Source of the DNA: a virus
Lineage: Duplodnaviria > Caudoviricetes
Virus record (IMG/VR): IMGVR_UViG_3300036851_000068
Location: 1,822 to 65,821 of that record
Strand: one strand, 5' to 3'
Length of the DNA: 64,000 bases
The notes under the pieces are model-generated. The model did not search any database. It was not told the DNA's origin and saw only the letters and a list, made by a program, of their open reading frames with translations. Shown here piece after piece: positions 48,564 through 58,389 of this stretch (the stretch's first letter is position 1; every line of letters starts with the position of its first letter). Position numbers and translations under genes: made by a program.

Positions 48564-48889
48564 CTGTTCTTGCAGAGTTGCGTGCATCGGGCTTCTCGCT
48601 TGAGGAATTGGGCGAGTTGCCTTTGAAGTCGTGGATTGAATTGTATGGCGCACTTAGGGCGCGGTACTGGGACGACAAGTCAGTGGATGTTGGCGTTGTG
48701 CATCCTGCGAAGCCGCGCGATGCGCAGAAGAATTTCTTGAGGGCGGCGCGCAAAGCATGGGGTGCGGGCGGGAAGCCAATATGGGCTGACCCGGCGCGCA
48801 TGAAGTCATGGCTGAGACGGATTGGGGTGCCGGTACGTGAGCGCAAAAGCGAAGGAGAAGGAAAAGGCGGTAGTGATAGCAGCGCCTAG
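48488..48889 (+). CDS. -1 frameshift extension (chaperone GT)
   Basis: T TTT TTC heptamer 48488-94 in frame; -1 frame open to stop at 48889. Confidence 0.7.
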   Translation, partial: FFRQRVGTVQRPGPSDRERTRREVLTVLAELRASGFSLEELGELPLKSWIELYGALRARYWDDKSVDVGVVHPAKPRDAQKNFLRAARKAWGAGGKPIWADPARMKSWLRRIGVPVRERKSEGEGKGGSDSSA

Positions 48890-49062
48890 CCTCAAGAAAC
48901 AAAACAGAACTTCGGGAGATGCGAAGGGTCCGGGGTTCGGTAAGTGGGGCGGGCTGAATCGCAAGGTGCTGATAGTGCCGGGCGGAAGGGGCGCGCGGCG
49001 CTTCGAGGTGCGCGACGATCAATGGTGGGAGAACTACAGGAAGCAACTGGGGGTAAAGTGAA

Positions 49063-52000
49063 GTGGCGTTAGGCGGGGGAGGGACCATAGCCAGCCTTAT
49101 CGTGAGCATCGGCGCGGATATTTCGCGCCTTGGTTCCTCATTGAAGGAAGCCGAAGGACAGATTGATGGGTTCATTGTAAAGACGGAGGCGGCAGGTGCA
49201 GCGCTGGGCCGCGTTGCGCTTATCGCTGGCGCTGTTGGTGCGGCCTTGGTTGGTGTGCTTGCCCTGAGCACTCGCGCTGCGGGTCAGGCGCAGTTTGCGC
49301 AGGAGAAGTTGAATAACGCAATTCTTGGAAGCGGTAAGGCGATTGACAAGGCGAAGTTGGAAAGGCTGGCCGCTGCGCTCCAGAAGACTACCGCGTTCAG
49401 TGATGAAACCATTCTATCTATGCAGTCGTTGCTCATTACCTTTGGTTCTACCGAGAAGCAGGTAGAGCGATTGTCTCCTTTGCTTTTGGATGTCAGCGCG
49501 CGGCTGGGCATTGACCTTAACACAGCAGCGCGTGCGTTCAGTAAGGCTATGGCGGGAAGCGAGGGTGCCTTACAACGATTCGGTATCGGTATTGGCGACA
49601 ATATAGACCTGTTGCGCGACTTCGATGGTTCGATGAGGCGGCTTGAATCGCGCTTCAGTGGCGCAGCGGTAGCAGCCGGTAACACTTTCTTCGGTGCATT
49701 GTCTAAGTTGCGCAACGCCTTCAGCGAATTGCAAGAATCTATTGGTGCTCCTCTGCTTCAACCACTAACGCTAATCATCAACGCTTTTGCTAGCCTCGTG
49801 AATGGCGTGGCTGGGCTGATAAAGGCGTTTCCTATACTGGGTCCCATAGTTGGGGGAATCATTGGCGGTCTGGCATTATTGGCGCTAACGGTGGCACTGG
49901 TAACGGCGGCTATGAGTGTCGCTGGGCCTGCGACGGCAGCGTGGGGATTGATAGTTGGCGTGCTGTCGAATGGCGTGTCGTTGTTGAATGGGCGATTGGT
50001 CATTCTTGCGGCTAATGTTTCGGCCTTCAAGGTTCTGCTGGGCGCTGGCTTAGTTGGGGTAATCGTTGCGGTTACTCTTGCTATTATTCAGTGGGTGCGC
50101 GCAAATGACGATGCGAACAAAGGCATGACCGAATTGATGCTGCGCGTGGACTTGTTCTTTGCCAAGTTGTCGGGTCCGCGCGGCAAGAAGGCCGTTGAGA
50201 CGTTGGAGCAGGCCATTAGAGATTTGAATGAGGCACATGCACGCGCCAAGGAAGGCTTCAAGGGTACAACGCAATCCGCTGAGGAAATGGCGCGTAGCAT
50301 GTTGTCGGCAAAGGAAGCAGTAAAACTGCTTCGCTTAGAGGAGGAACGAGCGGCAGCGGGGCGTGCGTCTGATGCGCTCAAGAAAGCGGGAAACACAGAG
50401 GCAGACATTAAGGCTATTGAGCGCAGGCGTGTTGCAGATGTGCGGGCGGCGCAGCAGAAAGAGTTGAACGCAAACATAAAACAGAACCTTCACGACCTGA
50501 ATCTTCATGAGACGACGGCAGAGCGCAAGAAGGAAATACTGATAGAACTGGAAGATCAGCGGGGCGCGCTTGCTCAGTTGGCGCTTCAGAATGACCAGGA
50601 GGTTGCTGACGAAACGGTATCTATTGAGAAGCGTGCTGCTGAAAAGCGCCTGAAGATAGACAGCGACAAGATAGACCAGGAGATGGAACTGGAGCAACAG
50701 AAGTTGACGGACATTACGCGCCTGGAGTCTGTCCGTGAGTCCAACAGGGCGGCGGTGGCACAGCGCGCCTTTGCGACGCAGAGGCTGGAAGAAGAATTGC
50801 GCATTGGCATGTTGACCCGCATGGCGGCGCTGGAAAAGAGTTTGCAGAAGGACATTCTGGATACGCGGCTGACGCTGATTAACGTTCAGAACAAGCGACT
50901 GGAGGCACAGTTTATAACGTCCGAAGCACGGCGCGCGGACCTGGTGCGCCAGGGTTTCTTATCGGAAGGGGAGGCTGCACGGCAGTCAGCGGTTGAGCGA
51001 TTTGATATTGAGCAGCAGAAGATTACGGCTGAGTTGTCATTGCTCAAGAAGCGTGAGGAGGCCCTTGAGCAGCAATTCATTCGCGACAAGGAGATAGCGC
51101 TTGCTACTTTCACGTCAAAGGTAGCGCAGTTGAAGTTGGAGAGTGATGCGCAAAAGGCAGCGCTCGACAGCCAGCAGAAACTTCGCGAGATAGACCTGAA
51201 GGCATCCGTGGCGATAGGTGAGGCCGAAACGAAAGCGAAGATTTCTCAGTTGGACCTGGGCTTGAAGGCTGCGCTCAAAGTTATTGAACTAGAGTTGAAG
51301 GCGAAGGAAAAGGCGGGTGCGATACCGGAGGGCACAGCGGCGGCGTTTGCTGAGGAATCAAAGACGCTGGAGGCCGAGTTTCGGCAGACTACTGACTCGT
51401 TGACGGCAGCGCAGGCGCAGAGGTCTGCGGCAGTAACGACTCTGTTGGCTGAACAAAACAAAGAAGTGGTAGCGCAGAAGAATGCGCTCGATAAGCAGAA
51501 TGCGATTCAACAGGAAGTGCTGAAGCAGCAGTTGGGAACTGACCTTGCGAATGCTGTACAGACCAGGAATGCGAACCTGCGCGACTTGGCACAGCAGGCT
51601 GCGAATCTTGGCGTTGATGTGGCCGGGTTTGTGGCTGAGCAGCGCAGACTCACTGAGGAAATGTTTGAGCGTGGGGATATTGTGCCGGAAGAAAGGCGCA
51701 GGCGCTTGGCGTTTCTGGATGGTCTGAATGATGAAGTGAGCAAGGTAACAGATGTTGCTACGGGTAAACTGAAGACGACGCTGGAAGACAGCAAGTCGTT
51801 GTACACGAATTTCGCGGAGGCTGTGACAGCGAAGTTGCAGCCGGTGGCTGACCTTATCAAGCAGATCAGTGACCCGGCGGCGCTGGCAGGTCTAATCAGT
51901 TCTCTGTTCGCGGCCAACAATCTGCGACCGGGTGCGGCGGCACAGGCTGGTGCTGCGCCGAATATCACACAGAACGTGGATTTTTCATTCCAGGGCGTGA

Positions 52001-52116
52001 CAATGAGGTTGACGGCAGATGAGCAGGCGGTAATGGAGCGCGTCATTAAGCGGCTGTTAGGGCCGGATGGCGAACGGTTGTACAGCATTCTTCAGGCTTC
52101 ACAGGGGGCTAAGTAG
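49063..52116 (+). CDS. tape measure protein
   Basis: IASLIVSIGAD N-terminus, Ala-rich, TM region, long coiled coil; 1017 aa. Confidence 0.9.
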   Translation: MALGGGGTIASLIVSIGADISRLGSSLKEAEGQIDGFIVKTEAAGAALGRVALIAGAVGAALVGVLALSTRAAGQAQFAQEKLNNAILGSGKAIDKAKLERLAAALQKTTAFSDETILSMQSLLITFGSTEKQVERLSPLLLDVSARLGIDLNTAARAFSKAMAGSEGALQRFGIGIGDNIDLLRDFDGSMRRLESRFSGAAVAAGNTFFGALSKLRNAFSELQESIGAPLLQPLTLIINAFASLVNGVAGLIKAFPILGPIVGGIIGGLALLALTVALVTAAMSVAGPATAAWGLIVGVLSNGVSLLNGRLVILAANVSAFKVLLGAGLVGVIVAVTLAIIQWVRANDDANKGMTELMLRVDLFFAKLSGPRGKKAVETLEQAIRDLNEAHARAKEGFKGTTQSAEEMARSMLSAKEAVKLLRLEEERAAAGRASDALKKAGNTEADIKAIERRRVADVRAAQQKELNANIKQNLHDLNLHETTAERKKEILIELEDQRGALAQLALQNDQEVADETVSIEKRAAEKRLKIDSDKIDQEMELEQQKLTDITRLESVRESNRAAVAQRAFATQRLEEELRIGMLTRMAALEKSLQKDILDTRLTLINVQNKRLEAQFITSEARRADLVRQGFLSEGEAARQSAVERFDIEQQKITAELSLLKKREEALEQQFIRDKEIALATFTSKVAQLKLESDAQKAALDSQQKLREIDLKASVAIGEAETKAKISQLDLGLKAALKVIELELKAKEKAGAIPEGTAAAFAEESKTLEAEFRQTTDSLTAAQAQRSAAVTTLLAEQNKEVVAQKNALDKQNAIQQEVLKQQLGTDLANAVQTRNANLRDLAQQAANLGVDVAGFVAEQRRLTEEMFERGDIVPEERRRRLAFLDGLNDEVSKVTDVATGKLKTTLEDSKSLYTNFAEAVTAKLQPVADLIKQISDPAALAGLISSLFAANNLRPGAAAQAGAAPNITQNVDFSFQGVTMRLTADEQAVMERVIKRLLGPDGERLYSILQASQGAK

Positions 52117-52524
52117 ATGGCGCGGCACGAGATCACTCTGGATGATGGCGGTGCGAACGAGGTCACCCTTGAGGTGCTTCCGTTTGAGTGGCCGCGCAGC
52201 GTCTTTGAACTGTTGCAGGTACAGGCCAGTGAAGTAACGGGATGGCGTTATGCAACGGGCGCTGTGGTGGTGAAGTTGAAGGCATTGTATGGTGGCGCGC
52301 ATGGTCAAGTGTTGCGCGGCCTGGGCGGGCCGATTGTGCAATATGCGGAGACGACCGGCGGGGCGGCGTTCACTGTTACGGATTGGCGCGGTAACACAGG
52401 AACATTCGCGTTTGTTCCAGTGGATGGTCTGACGATTGAGGAGATTCATGGCAGTGCCGATGAGGGTGACCCCACTGGGAGCGCCTTCCATCGGCTTACT
52501 CTACGGCTTGTGAAATTATCCTAG
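52117..52524 (+). CDS. distal tail (Dit)-like protein
   Basis: Immediately follows tape measure; beta-rich 135 aa. Confidence 0.55.
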   Translation: MARHEITLDDGGANEVTLEVLPFEWPRSVFELLQVQASEVTGWRYATGAVVVKLKALYGGAHGQVLRGLGGPIVQYAETTGGAAFTVTDWRGNTGTFAFVPVDGLTIEEIHGSADEGDPTGSAFHRLTLRLVKLS

Positions 52525-52543
52525 TTGCGAGGGAGTGTGTCGC

Positions 52544-53506
52544 ATGAGAGTTCTCATCACTGGGGCCGCAGGTTTCATTGGGTCACACGCGGCGCGGTAC
52601 TTTGCACGGAAGTATCCGGCCTGGGATTTGCTGACGCTGGACCGGCTTAACTACGCGGCTGCACTGAACCGGATGGAGGAAGTGCGCGGGCGCATTAAGG
52701 TGGTTCTACATGACCTGCGAGCGCCGCTTACAGACTACGTGGTAGCGCAATTGGGACCGCTGGATTACATCCTGCACTTCGCGGCTGAGACGCATGTGGA
52801 TAGGTCAATGGTGGACCCACATCCGTTCATAGAGTCGAACATCCTGGGCACGTATAATCTGCTGGAGTATGCGAGATTGCATCAGCCAGCGCTCAAGATG
52901 TTCTTCATGGTGAGTACGGACGAATCGTATGGCGCTGCGTCGCCGGGCGTAGATCATAACGAGTCGTCACCACATAGGCCAAGTAACCCATACAGCGCGA
53001 GCAAGGCGGCGGCTGAGGACCTGGCTTATGCCTGGGAGCACAGCATGGGCGTGCCAACGATAATCACGAATACAATGAACAACATTGGTGAGATGCAGCA
53101 CCCTGAGAAGTTTGTACCAAAGATCATTAGAAGCCTCTATACACAGCAGATCATTCCAGTGCACGGTTCGCCGGACGAGCCTGGGAGCCGGAAGTATTTG
53201 TATGCTGGAGATCATGCTGATGCCATTGACTTCCTCATGAAAGACGGGAGGCGCGGCGGGCGCTATAACGTTGTTGGTGCTGAGGAGATCAGTAACCTGG
53301 AGATGGTGCGGCGACTGGAGAAGGTGACGGGACGCGAGGCAAAGATCAAGTTCGTGGACTTTCACAGCACTAGGCCGGGGCACGACCGGCGCTACAGCCT
53401 GGATGGTAGCAAGATGGCTGCGATGGGTTGGACACCTCCATCCCCGATTGATGATGTGCTGCGCGTCATGTGCGGGTTCTATGTCGCGCGAGAGGATTGG
53501 CGATGA
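52544..53506 (+). CDS. rmlB: dTDP-glucose 4,6-dehydratase
   Basis: GAAGFIG, HFAAETHVDRS, STDESYG, NPYSASK, QHPEKF, RPGHDRRY. Confidence 0.92.
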   Translation: MRVLITGAAGFIGSHAARYFARKYPAWDLLTLDRLNYAAALNRMEEVRGRIKVVLHDLRAPLTDYVVAQLGPLDYILHFAAETHVDRSMVDPHPFIESNILGTYNLLEYARLHQPALKMFFMVSTDESYGAASPGVDHNESSPHRPSNPYSASKAAAEDLAYAWEHSMGVPTIITNTMNNIGEMQHPEKFVPKIIRSLYTQQIIPVHGSPDEPGSRKYLYAGDHADAIDFLMKDGRRGGRYNVVGAEEISNLEMVRRLEKVTGREAKIKFVDFHSTRPGHDRRYSLDGSKMAAMGWTPPSPIDDVLRVMCGFYVAREDWR

Positions 53507-53748
53507 GGCTCGTTGGGTTTCTGTCGGTGATGGTGTTGCTGTTTGCATCGTTCAGCAGGCCACCGGACTTCTATTGGCACGGGTGCCACTTTTTCTACAT
53601 GGGCGGCGAGGGTTATCCCCTGCCTGTTCCCATGAAGGGGTTGCGAGGATACATGATTGGCCTGGAGTCGGGAGAGACACTATCAGGTAACGTTCTGCTA
53701 GATGAGTATGGTCGTGTTGTGGAACATGAAGTGAGGTGTGAGAGATGA
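53503..53748 (+). CDS. small hypothetical protein with hydrophobic N-terminus
   Basis: Coupled within the glycan cassette. Confidence 0.5.
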   Translation: MRLVGFLSVMVLLFASFSRPPDFYWHGCHFFYMGGEGYPLPVPMKGLRGYMIGLESGETLSGNVLLDEYGRVVEHEVRCER

Positions 53749-54497
53749 GGCTTCTACTGGGAGCGGCGACGCTGGCGAATCCAGCGCTGACGAATGACTG
53801 GACGGTTCGTGCGCTGAAACAGAAGGGCGTAGAGCCGCGCGATATTGTGTTGGTTTGCAACAGTGACCGGGTGAAGGCGGCATGTCAGGCATGGGAGAAG
53901 CAGGGCGTGACGGTGCACTACCCGGAGGCCAACATGGGGACATGCGCGTCGTGGAATTACATATTGGAGAAGGCATGGGAGCGGCGGTATGAAGGCGCGC
54001 TAATTTTCAATGATGATGTGCTGTTCAACGACGACCTTGTGATGGAAAAGATGCTGGAGCGTGTGACACAGTTCGACCGATTCCTGTACATGGTGCAAAA
54101 CCTGGGCTTCTCGGGGTTTTGCATTACGCGCACGGTGTGGGATTTGGTTGGGCGCTTCGATGAGGGCTTTTGGCCTGCTTACTTCGAAGACAACGACTAT
54201 CACTGGCGAGCAAAGGCGGCGGGCATTCCGTGGGTTGATGTGAATATGGACGTGGCGCACCTGGGTAGTGCATCGTTGAAGAAGTGGAAAGAGTGGGAGG
54301 ACTGGAACGCCAAGATCGTGTTCGTTATAAATAGGATGCGATACGTGGAGAAGTGGGGCGGGCATCCGTCCGGGGAACGCTTCACGGAGGCGTGGGGCGG
54401 GAAGCCGGAGCGTGCATGGAACACAAAAGAGTGGTTGCGGACGCATGGGCATAAACCACCGTGGCCGGACCCATACTTTGAGAGGGTGAAGACATGA
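53745..54497 (+). CDS. glycosyltransferase family 2
   Basis: NMG..ASWN, FNDD, VGRFDEGFWPAYFEDNDY. Confidence 0.85.
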   Translation: MRLLLGAATLANPALTNDWTVRALKQKGVEPRDIVLVCNSDRVKAACQAWEKQGVTVHYPEANMGTCASWNYILEKAWERRYEGALIFNDDVLFNDDLVMEKMLERVTQFDRFLYMVQNLGFSGFCITRTVWDLVGRFDEGFWPAYFEDNDYHWRAKAAGIPWVDVNMDVAHLGSASLKKWKEWEDWNAKIVFVINRMRYVEKWGGHPSGERFTEAWGGKPERAWNTKEWLRTHGHKPPWPDPYFERVKT

Positions 54498-55033
54498 TAT
54501 TCGCCAACGAAGTTGCAAGCGCGGTGACAGAGAACGAGTGCAAGGCGCTTGCGAAGGCCGCTGAAGGCAAGGTGGTGCTTGAGGTTGGCTCGCACCTGGG
54601 GCGCTCCACGATTGCGTTGGCATCTACCGCCAAGATAGTGCATGCGGTGGACTGGCACAGGGGCGATGCGCATGCCGGGTTCGGATGGACTCTTGATAAG
54701 TTTGTGGCTAATCTCAACATGTATGGCGTGCTGGATAAGGTAGTGATTCATGTGGGCAGGTTCGAGGATGTGTATTTGGCAATGAGTCGTGCCTTCTCGT
54801 TTGCGTTCCTTGATTCGTTTCATGATAGGGGCACCGTGGATATGCACATGAGGATGATTGATTCGTTGTTGGTGCCGCGCGGCGTTATTGCGATGCACGA
54901 TTACATGCAGCCGACGTTCATGAAGGATGTACACAACGGAGCCGGGGATTGGCTGCGGTGGTCGCAGCGTGCATGGGACGGGCCTGTAATGGTGGACTCA
55001 ACGGCATTCTGGACGGAGAAGCCAGCATTATGA
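54494..55033 (+). CDS. class I SAM-dependent methyltransferase (Methyltransf_24-like)
   Basis: VLEVGSHLGRST, AVDW, FLDSFH, GVIAMHDY. Confidence 0.85.
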   Translation: MIFANEVASAVTENECKALAKAAEGKVVLEVGSHLGRSTIALASTAKIVHAVDWHRGDAHAGFGWTLDKFVANLNMYGVLDKVVIHVGRFEDVYLAMSRAFSFAFLDSFHDRGTVDMHMRMIDSLLVPRGVIAMHDYMQPTFMKDVHNGAGDWLRWSQRAWDGPVMVDSTAFWTEKPAL

Positions 55034-55848
55034 TTACTTGTGTAATAGCGCTTAACAGAGCGGACATACTGGCGCGAACGTTGCCACAGTTGCTGTCGGT
55101 GACGAGTTCGCCGGTGATAGTGTTGGATAACGGTAGTCAGCCACCATTGGAGTTTGAAGGTGTGGCCGTTCATAGAGCGCAAGAGAATGCGGGGAACTAC
55201 AAATCTTTTGAGGTGGGCCTGGGTATTGCAGGTATATGGGGCGCTGAGGTGATTGGCTTCATGCACAGCGATGTATTTGTGTACGATGATGGATGGGATA
55301 AGCGCGTGCAGAGTTTGTTCGATGCAGACCCAAAGTTAGGTCTAGTGGGGTTTGTAGCGTCGAATGAGATCGAGAGTCATGGCGGGCGCGGGATGGGTAC
55401 AGTTCTGAACTTTCAGGGACGGCAAGAATGTGGCGGCGGGTGTAGTGTTCACGGGCGTTGTAGTGCGGGATTTGAGCCTGCGGCGCAGGTAGATGGTTGT
55501 GTGATGATATTCAGGCGCGCAGCACTGGCACAAGTGGGCTTCAAAGACTTTGCGCCACATCACTTTTACGACAGGCTAATGTCGTGTCAGATGCTGGAGG
55601 CGGGATGGCGCGTTGGCTATGTGGGCGTCGCCTGCGATCACCTTGGCGGGCGCACAACAATGTTTGAGCAGGCGTATCATGATGTAGCAAGGCGCTGGTG
55701 TGAGGAGCGAGGAATTTCAAGAGCGGACGGTAATTGGGACTATGCGCTGTATCGTGAAGCCGAGAAGCGTTTCCTGGATGAATACTCAGTGCGCAAGCGG
55801 TTCATTCCGTTGAAGGTTAGCAAAAACTGGGAGGTGCACAAGCGATGA
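55030..55848 (+). CDS. glycosyltransferase family 2-like
   Basis: VLDNGS, FMHSD, QVDG, HHFYD, CDH.GG. Confidence 0.8.
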   Translation: MITCVIALNRADILARTLPQLLSVTSSPVIVLDNGSQPPLEFEGVAVHRAQENAGNYKSFEVGLGIAGIWGAEVIGFMHSDVFVYDDGWDKRVQSLFDADPKLGLVGFVASNEIESHGGRGMGTVLNFQGRQECGGGCSVHGRCSAGFEPAAQVDGCVMIFRRAALAQVGFKDFAPHHFYDRLMSCQMLEAGWRVGYVGVACDHLGGRTTMFEQAYHDVARRWCEERGISRADGNWDYALYREAEKRFLDEYSVRKRFIPLKVSKNWEVHKR

Positions 55849-57092
55849 AAATTCTTGGCATGAGTGACCCGCTGAGCAGCCCAACTGGGTTCGGGCGTGT
55901 GGCGCGCGAATTGTTTATACGGCTTGGCACGATGTACGAGGACAAATTTCAACTGGGTTACTTGTCGCGCGGATGGGTTGGTACACGCAAGTTTCCTAAC
56001 GTTCAGACGTATAGTTCGAGCCTGACTGATGCGGTCAACAGCGGTGCGTTCCCGATTGCCGCGCAGGACTTCGAACCGCCATTCATTTTGTGGACGCTGA
56101 CAGACCCGTGGCAGACGGGTTGGATTAGTCACATGGAATCGAATACATACTCTACGCAGGCATCGGCTGAATGGTTGAAGGCTAATCGCGAGAAGATGTT
56201 GTGGATTGGGCATTACCCGGTTGACGGTGAGGGTATTAACGGTCCCCCGTTCTGGTACGATGCATTCATGAATGGGCCGGATGTTACGGTGTTCATGAGT
56301 GAATACGGACACACGCTGATGAAGGACCATCTTTCAACGCAGACAAGGTTCATTTCACATGCTGTGGATACAAACCTGTTTCATCCGGTGGCACCCGAGG
56401 CACGCGAAGCGGCAAAGGCGAACGCGGGGCTAGGCGGGCGCTTCGTGGTAATTAGTGTGATGGCGAATCGCTATCGCAAGTATTGGCCGGAGTTGCTGTA
56501 TGGCTTCAAGATGGCTTTGCGCAAAAACCCGGACCTGCATCTATTGGCTATATGTGGGGACCCGATGGGCAACGCTGAGGATACATGGTCACTGGTCGAG
56601 ATAGCGAAGACGCTGGGCTTGATGGAGAAGGGCAAGGAGCGCGTGACGTTTATTAGTAGCGTGCCGGAGCATGTTCTGGCACGCATGTACATGTTGAGCG
56701 ATATGGCGGCGCTGGTGAGCGCGGGCGAGGGCTTTGGCCTTCCACAGTTGGAAGCGCATGCTTGTGGTTTGCCGTGCGTTGTGGGGCGGTACAGTGCAAG
56801 TGAGGAACTGATTGTGAGCGCAGGCGAGGGATTGAGTCCTGCGGGATGGACGTATCATGGGAACAATGTTATCAAGAGACCTGTGTATTCTCCTGCCGAT
56901 ATTGCTGACCGCATTCTGTTCTGGTCACGCAGTTCGGCTAGAATGGGAGAGGTGGCGCGCCTGGGTCTGGAGCAGGCCCTGGAACGATCATGGGAGAAGG
57001 TTTTGCCGCAGTGGGTAGCGTTGTTCGAGGAACAGTGGGCTGTGCTGATGTCGAAGCATAAGGAGCCTGAGCCAGTTGCCGGACCAGCATAA
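55845..57092 (+). CDS. glycosyltransferase family 4 (GT-B)
   Basis: PTGFGRVA, HAVD...F.P, N..RK, GEGFGLPQLEAHACGLP. Confidence 0.88.
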   Translation: MKILGMSDPLSSPTGFGRVARELFIRLGTMYEDKFQLGYLSRGWVGTRKFPNVQTYSSSLTDAVNSGAFPIAAQDFEPPFILWTLTDPWQTGWISHMESNTYSTQASAEWLKANREKMLWIGHYPVDGEGINGPPFWYDAFMNGPDVTVFMSEYGHTLMKDHLSTQTRFISHAVDTNLFHPVAPEAREAAKANAGLGGRFVVISVMANRYRKYWPELLYGFKMALRKNPDLHLLAICGDPMGNAEDTWSLVEIAKTLGLMEKGKERVTFISSVPEHVLARMYMLSDMAALVSAGEGFGLPQLEAHACGLPCVVGRYSASEELIVSAGEGLSPAGWTYHGNNVIKRPVYSPADIADRILFWSRSSARMGEVARLGLEQALERSWEKVLPQWVALFEEQWAVLMSKHKEPEPVAGPA

Positions 57093-57810
57093 GAATTTCT
57101 CGTACAGCACGGTAGCGACTGCGCCGGACCCGGCTACTACTGGTACGTCTCTGGTGGTGGCGGCTGGCGACGGAGCGAAGTTTCCCGCTGTTCCTTTCAA
57201 CGCGACGGTCTGGCCTGCCGGAGCGCAGCCGACAACCGCCAATGCGGAGATCGTGCGCGTTACGGCGCGGGCTACAGACACGCTGACCATTGCGCGTGCG
57301 CAGGAAGGAACGACGGCGCGGTCTATAGTGGTGGGCGATCAAATTGCGGCGACGGTAACCGCTAAGACACTTCAGGATGTTGAAGCGATTGGCTGGAAGG
57401 TAAACAGGTCAGCGGCGCAGAGCATTAACAACGACACAAATACGCCAGTAGACTTCACGGCAGAAGTCTTTGACGACGATGATTTCCATAGTCTTGTAAC
57501 GGCTGACGAGCGAATCACCTTTGACGCTGACAATGCAGGAAGATACGCGATGGAAGTGACGGCTGACTTTGCGTTTCATGCTACGGGTTTCAGGCGCGTG
57601 TTTATACGGTTGAACGGTGCTACTACAATTGCCGGTGCCATAGCGACCATCATGGCGGTAACAACGGACCAAATTGGGACAATCGTAAACGTGTCTTGTG
57701 AGCATGAGTTTGTAGCCGGTGATTATGTTGAAGTTCTGGTGCGGCATTTGGCGGGTACGGCTATTAACTTGACCAACTGTCACTTCAGCGGGCACAGGGT
57801 GCGGAAGTAA
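57076..57810 (+). CDS. tail fibre/receptor-binding protein with C1q/TNF-like head
   Basis: N-terminal EIVRVTAR..DTLTIARAQEGT; C-terminal AQSI..V.F..E..D, AGRY, LNG, AGDYVEV. Confidence 0.7.
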   Translation: MPDQHKNFSYSTVATAPDPATTGTSLVVAAGDGAKFPAVPFNATVWPAGAQPTTANAEIVRVTARATDTLTIARAQEGTTARSIVVGDQIAATVTAKTLQDVEAIGWKVNRSAAQSINNDTNTPVDFTAEVFDDDDFHSLVTADERITFDADNAGRYAMEVTADFAFHATGFRRVFIRLNGATTIAGAIATIMAVTTDQIGTIVNVSCEHEFVAGDYVEVLVRHLAGTAINLTNCHFSGHRVRK

Positions 57811-57811
57811 A

Positions 57812-58389
57812 ATGTTCGGTGCTAACTATTTGGGTCAACCATACTTTGGGCAGGGATATGCTGGCACGGTGGGCGGCACTGTGTGGACCCTGGAGGGTTC
57901 GGTGTCGGGCATGGCGGATGTGGAAGACCTGGCGCTTGCGCTTATTGTTGTACTGGACGGAATCATTGACGGTACGGCTGATGCGGTGGCCGCTCTGATT
58001 ATGAACCTGGAGTTAGCAGGCATCATTAGCGGCAGTTCGGAGGCAGCGCTTAACCTGACCTATAGGCTTGCGCGCCTGGCTACATACGGATACAGGATTA
58101 CCTGGGAGGATTAGGCGTGGCAGATCAGTTGCTGGATGGTAGCATGACCGGCGAGGGAAGCGTGCCGGATGCAGCGTTACAGGCTACGCTGGGGCCGGAA
58201 TCTGTGGCTGGCGAGGGGAACATTGGTGGAGGGCTTACGGTGACCCAGGCGCAGTCCTGGATGAGCGGGGCTGTTACGGGAGCGGCTGAGGTCATGGAGG
58301 CCAATCTGACCGTCCTAACGCGCGTAGCGCCTACCTCTAGGCGGCAACTTGTGAAGCATGGCGGTAGAGTGCTGTGGGAGACACCTTAG
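57812..58389 (+). other. two short virion proteins with LxGxxxGx(A/S) repeats (57812-58114, 58117-58389)
   Basis: MFG...GQPYFG N-terminus; repeated motif. Confidence 0.55.

Noticed and set aside
52544-57092. Host O-antigen/capsule locus marking a prophage boundary
   Set aside because: Flanked on both sides by tail genes and coupled to the downstream one; no flippase, polymerase or RmlA/C/D
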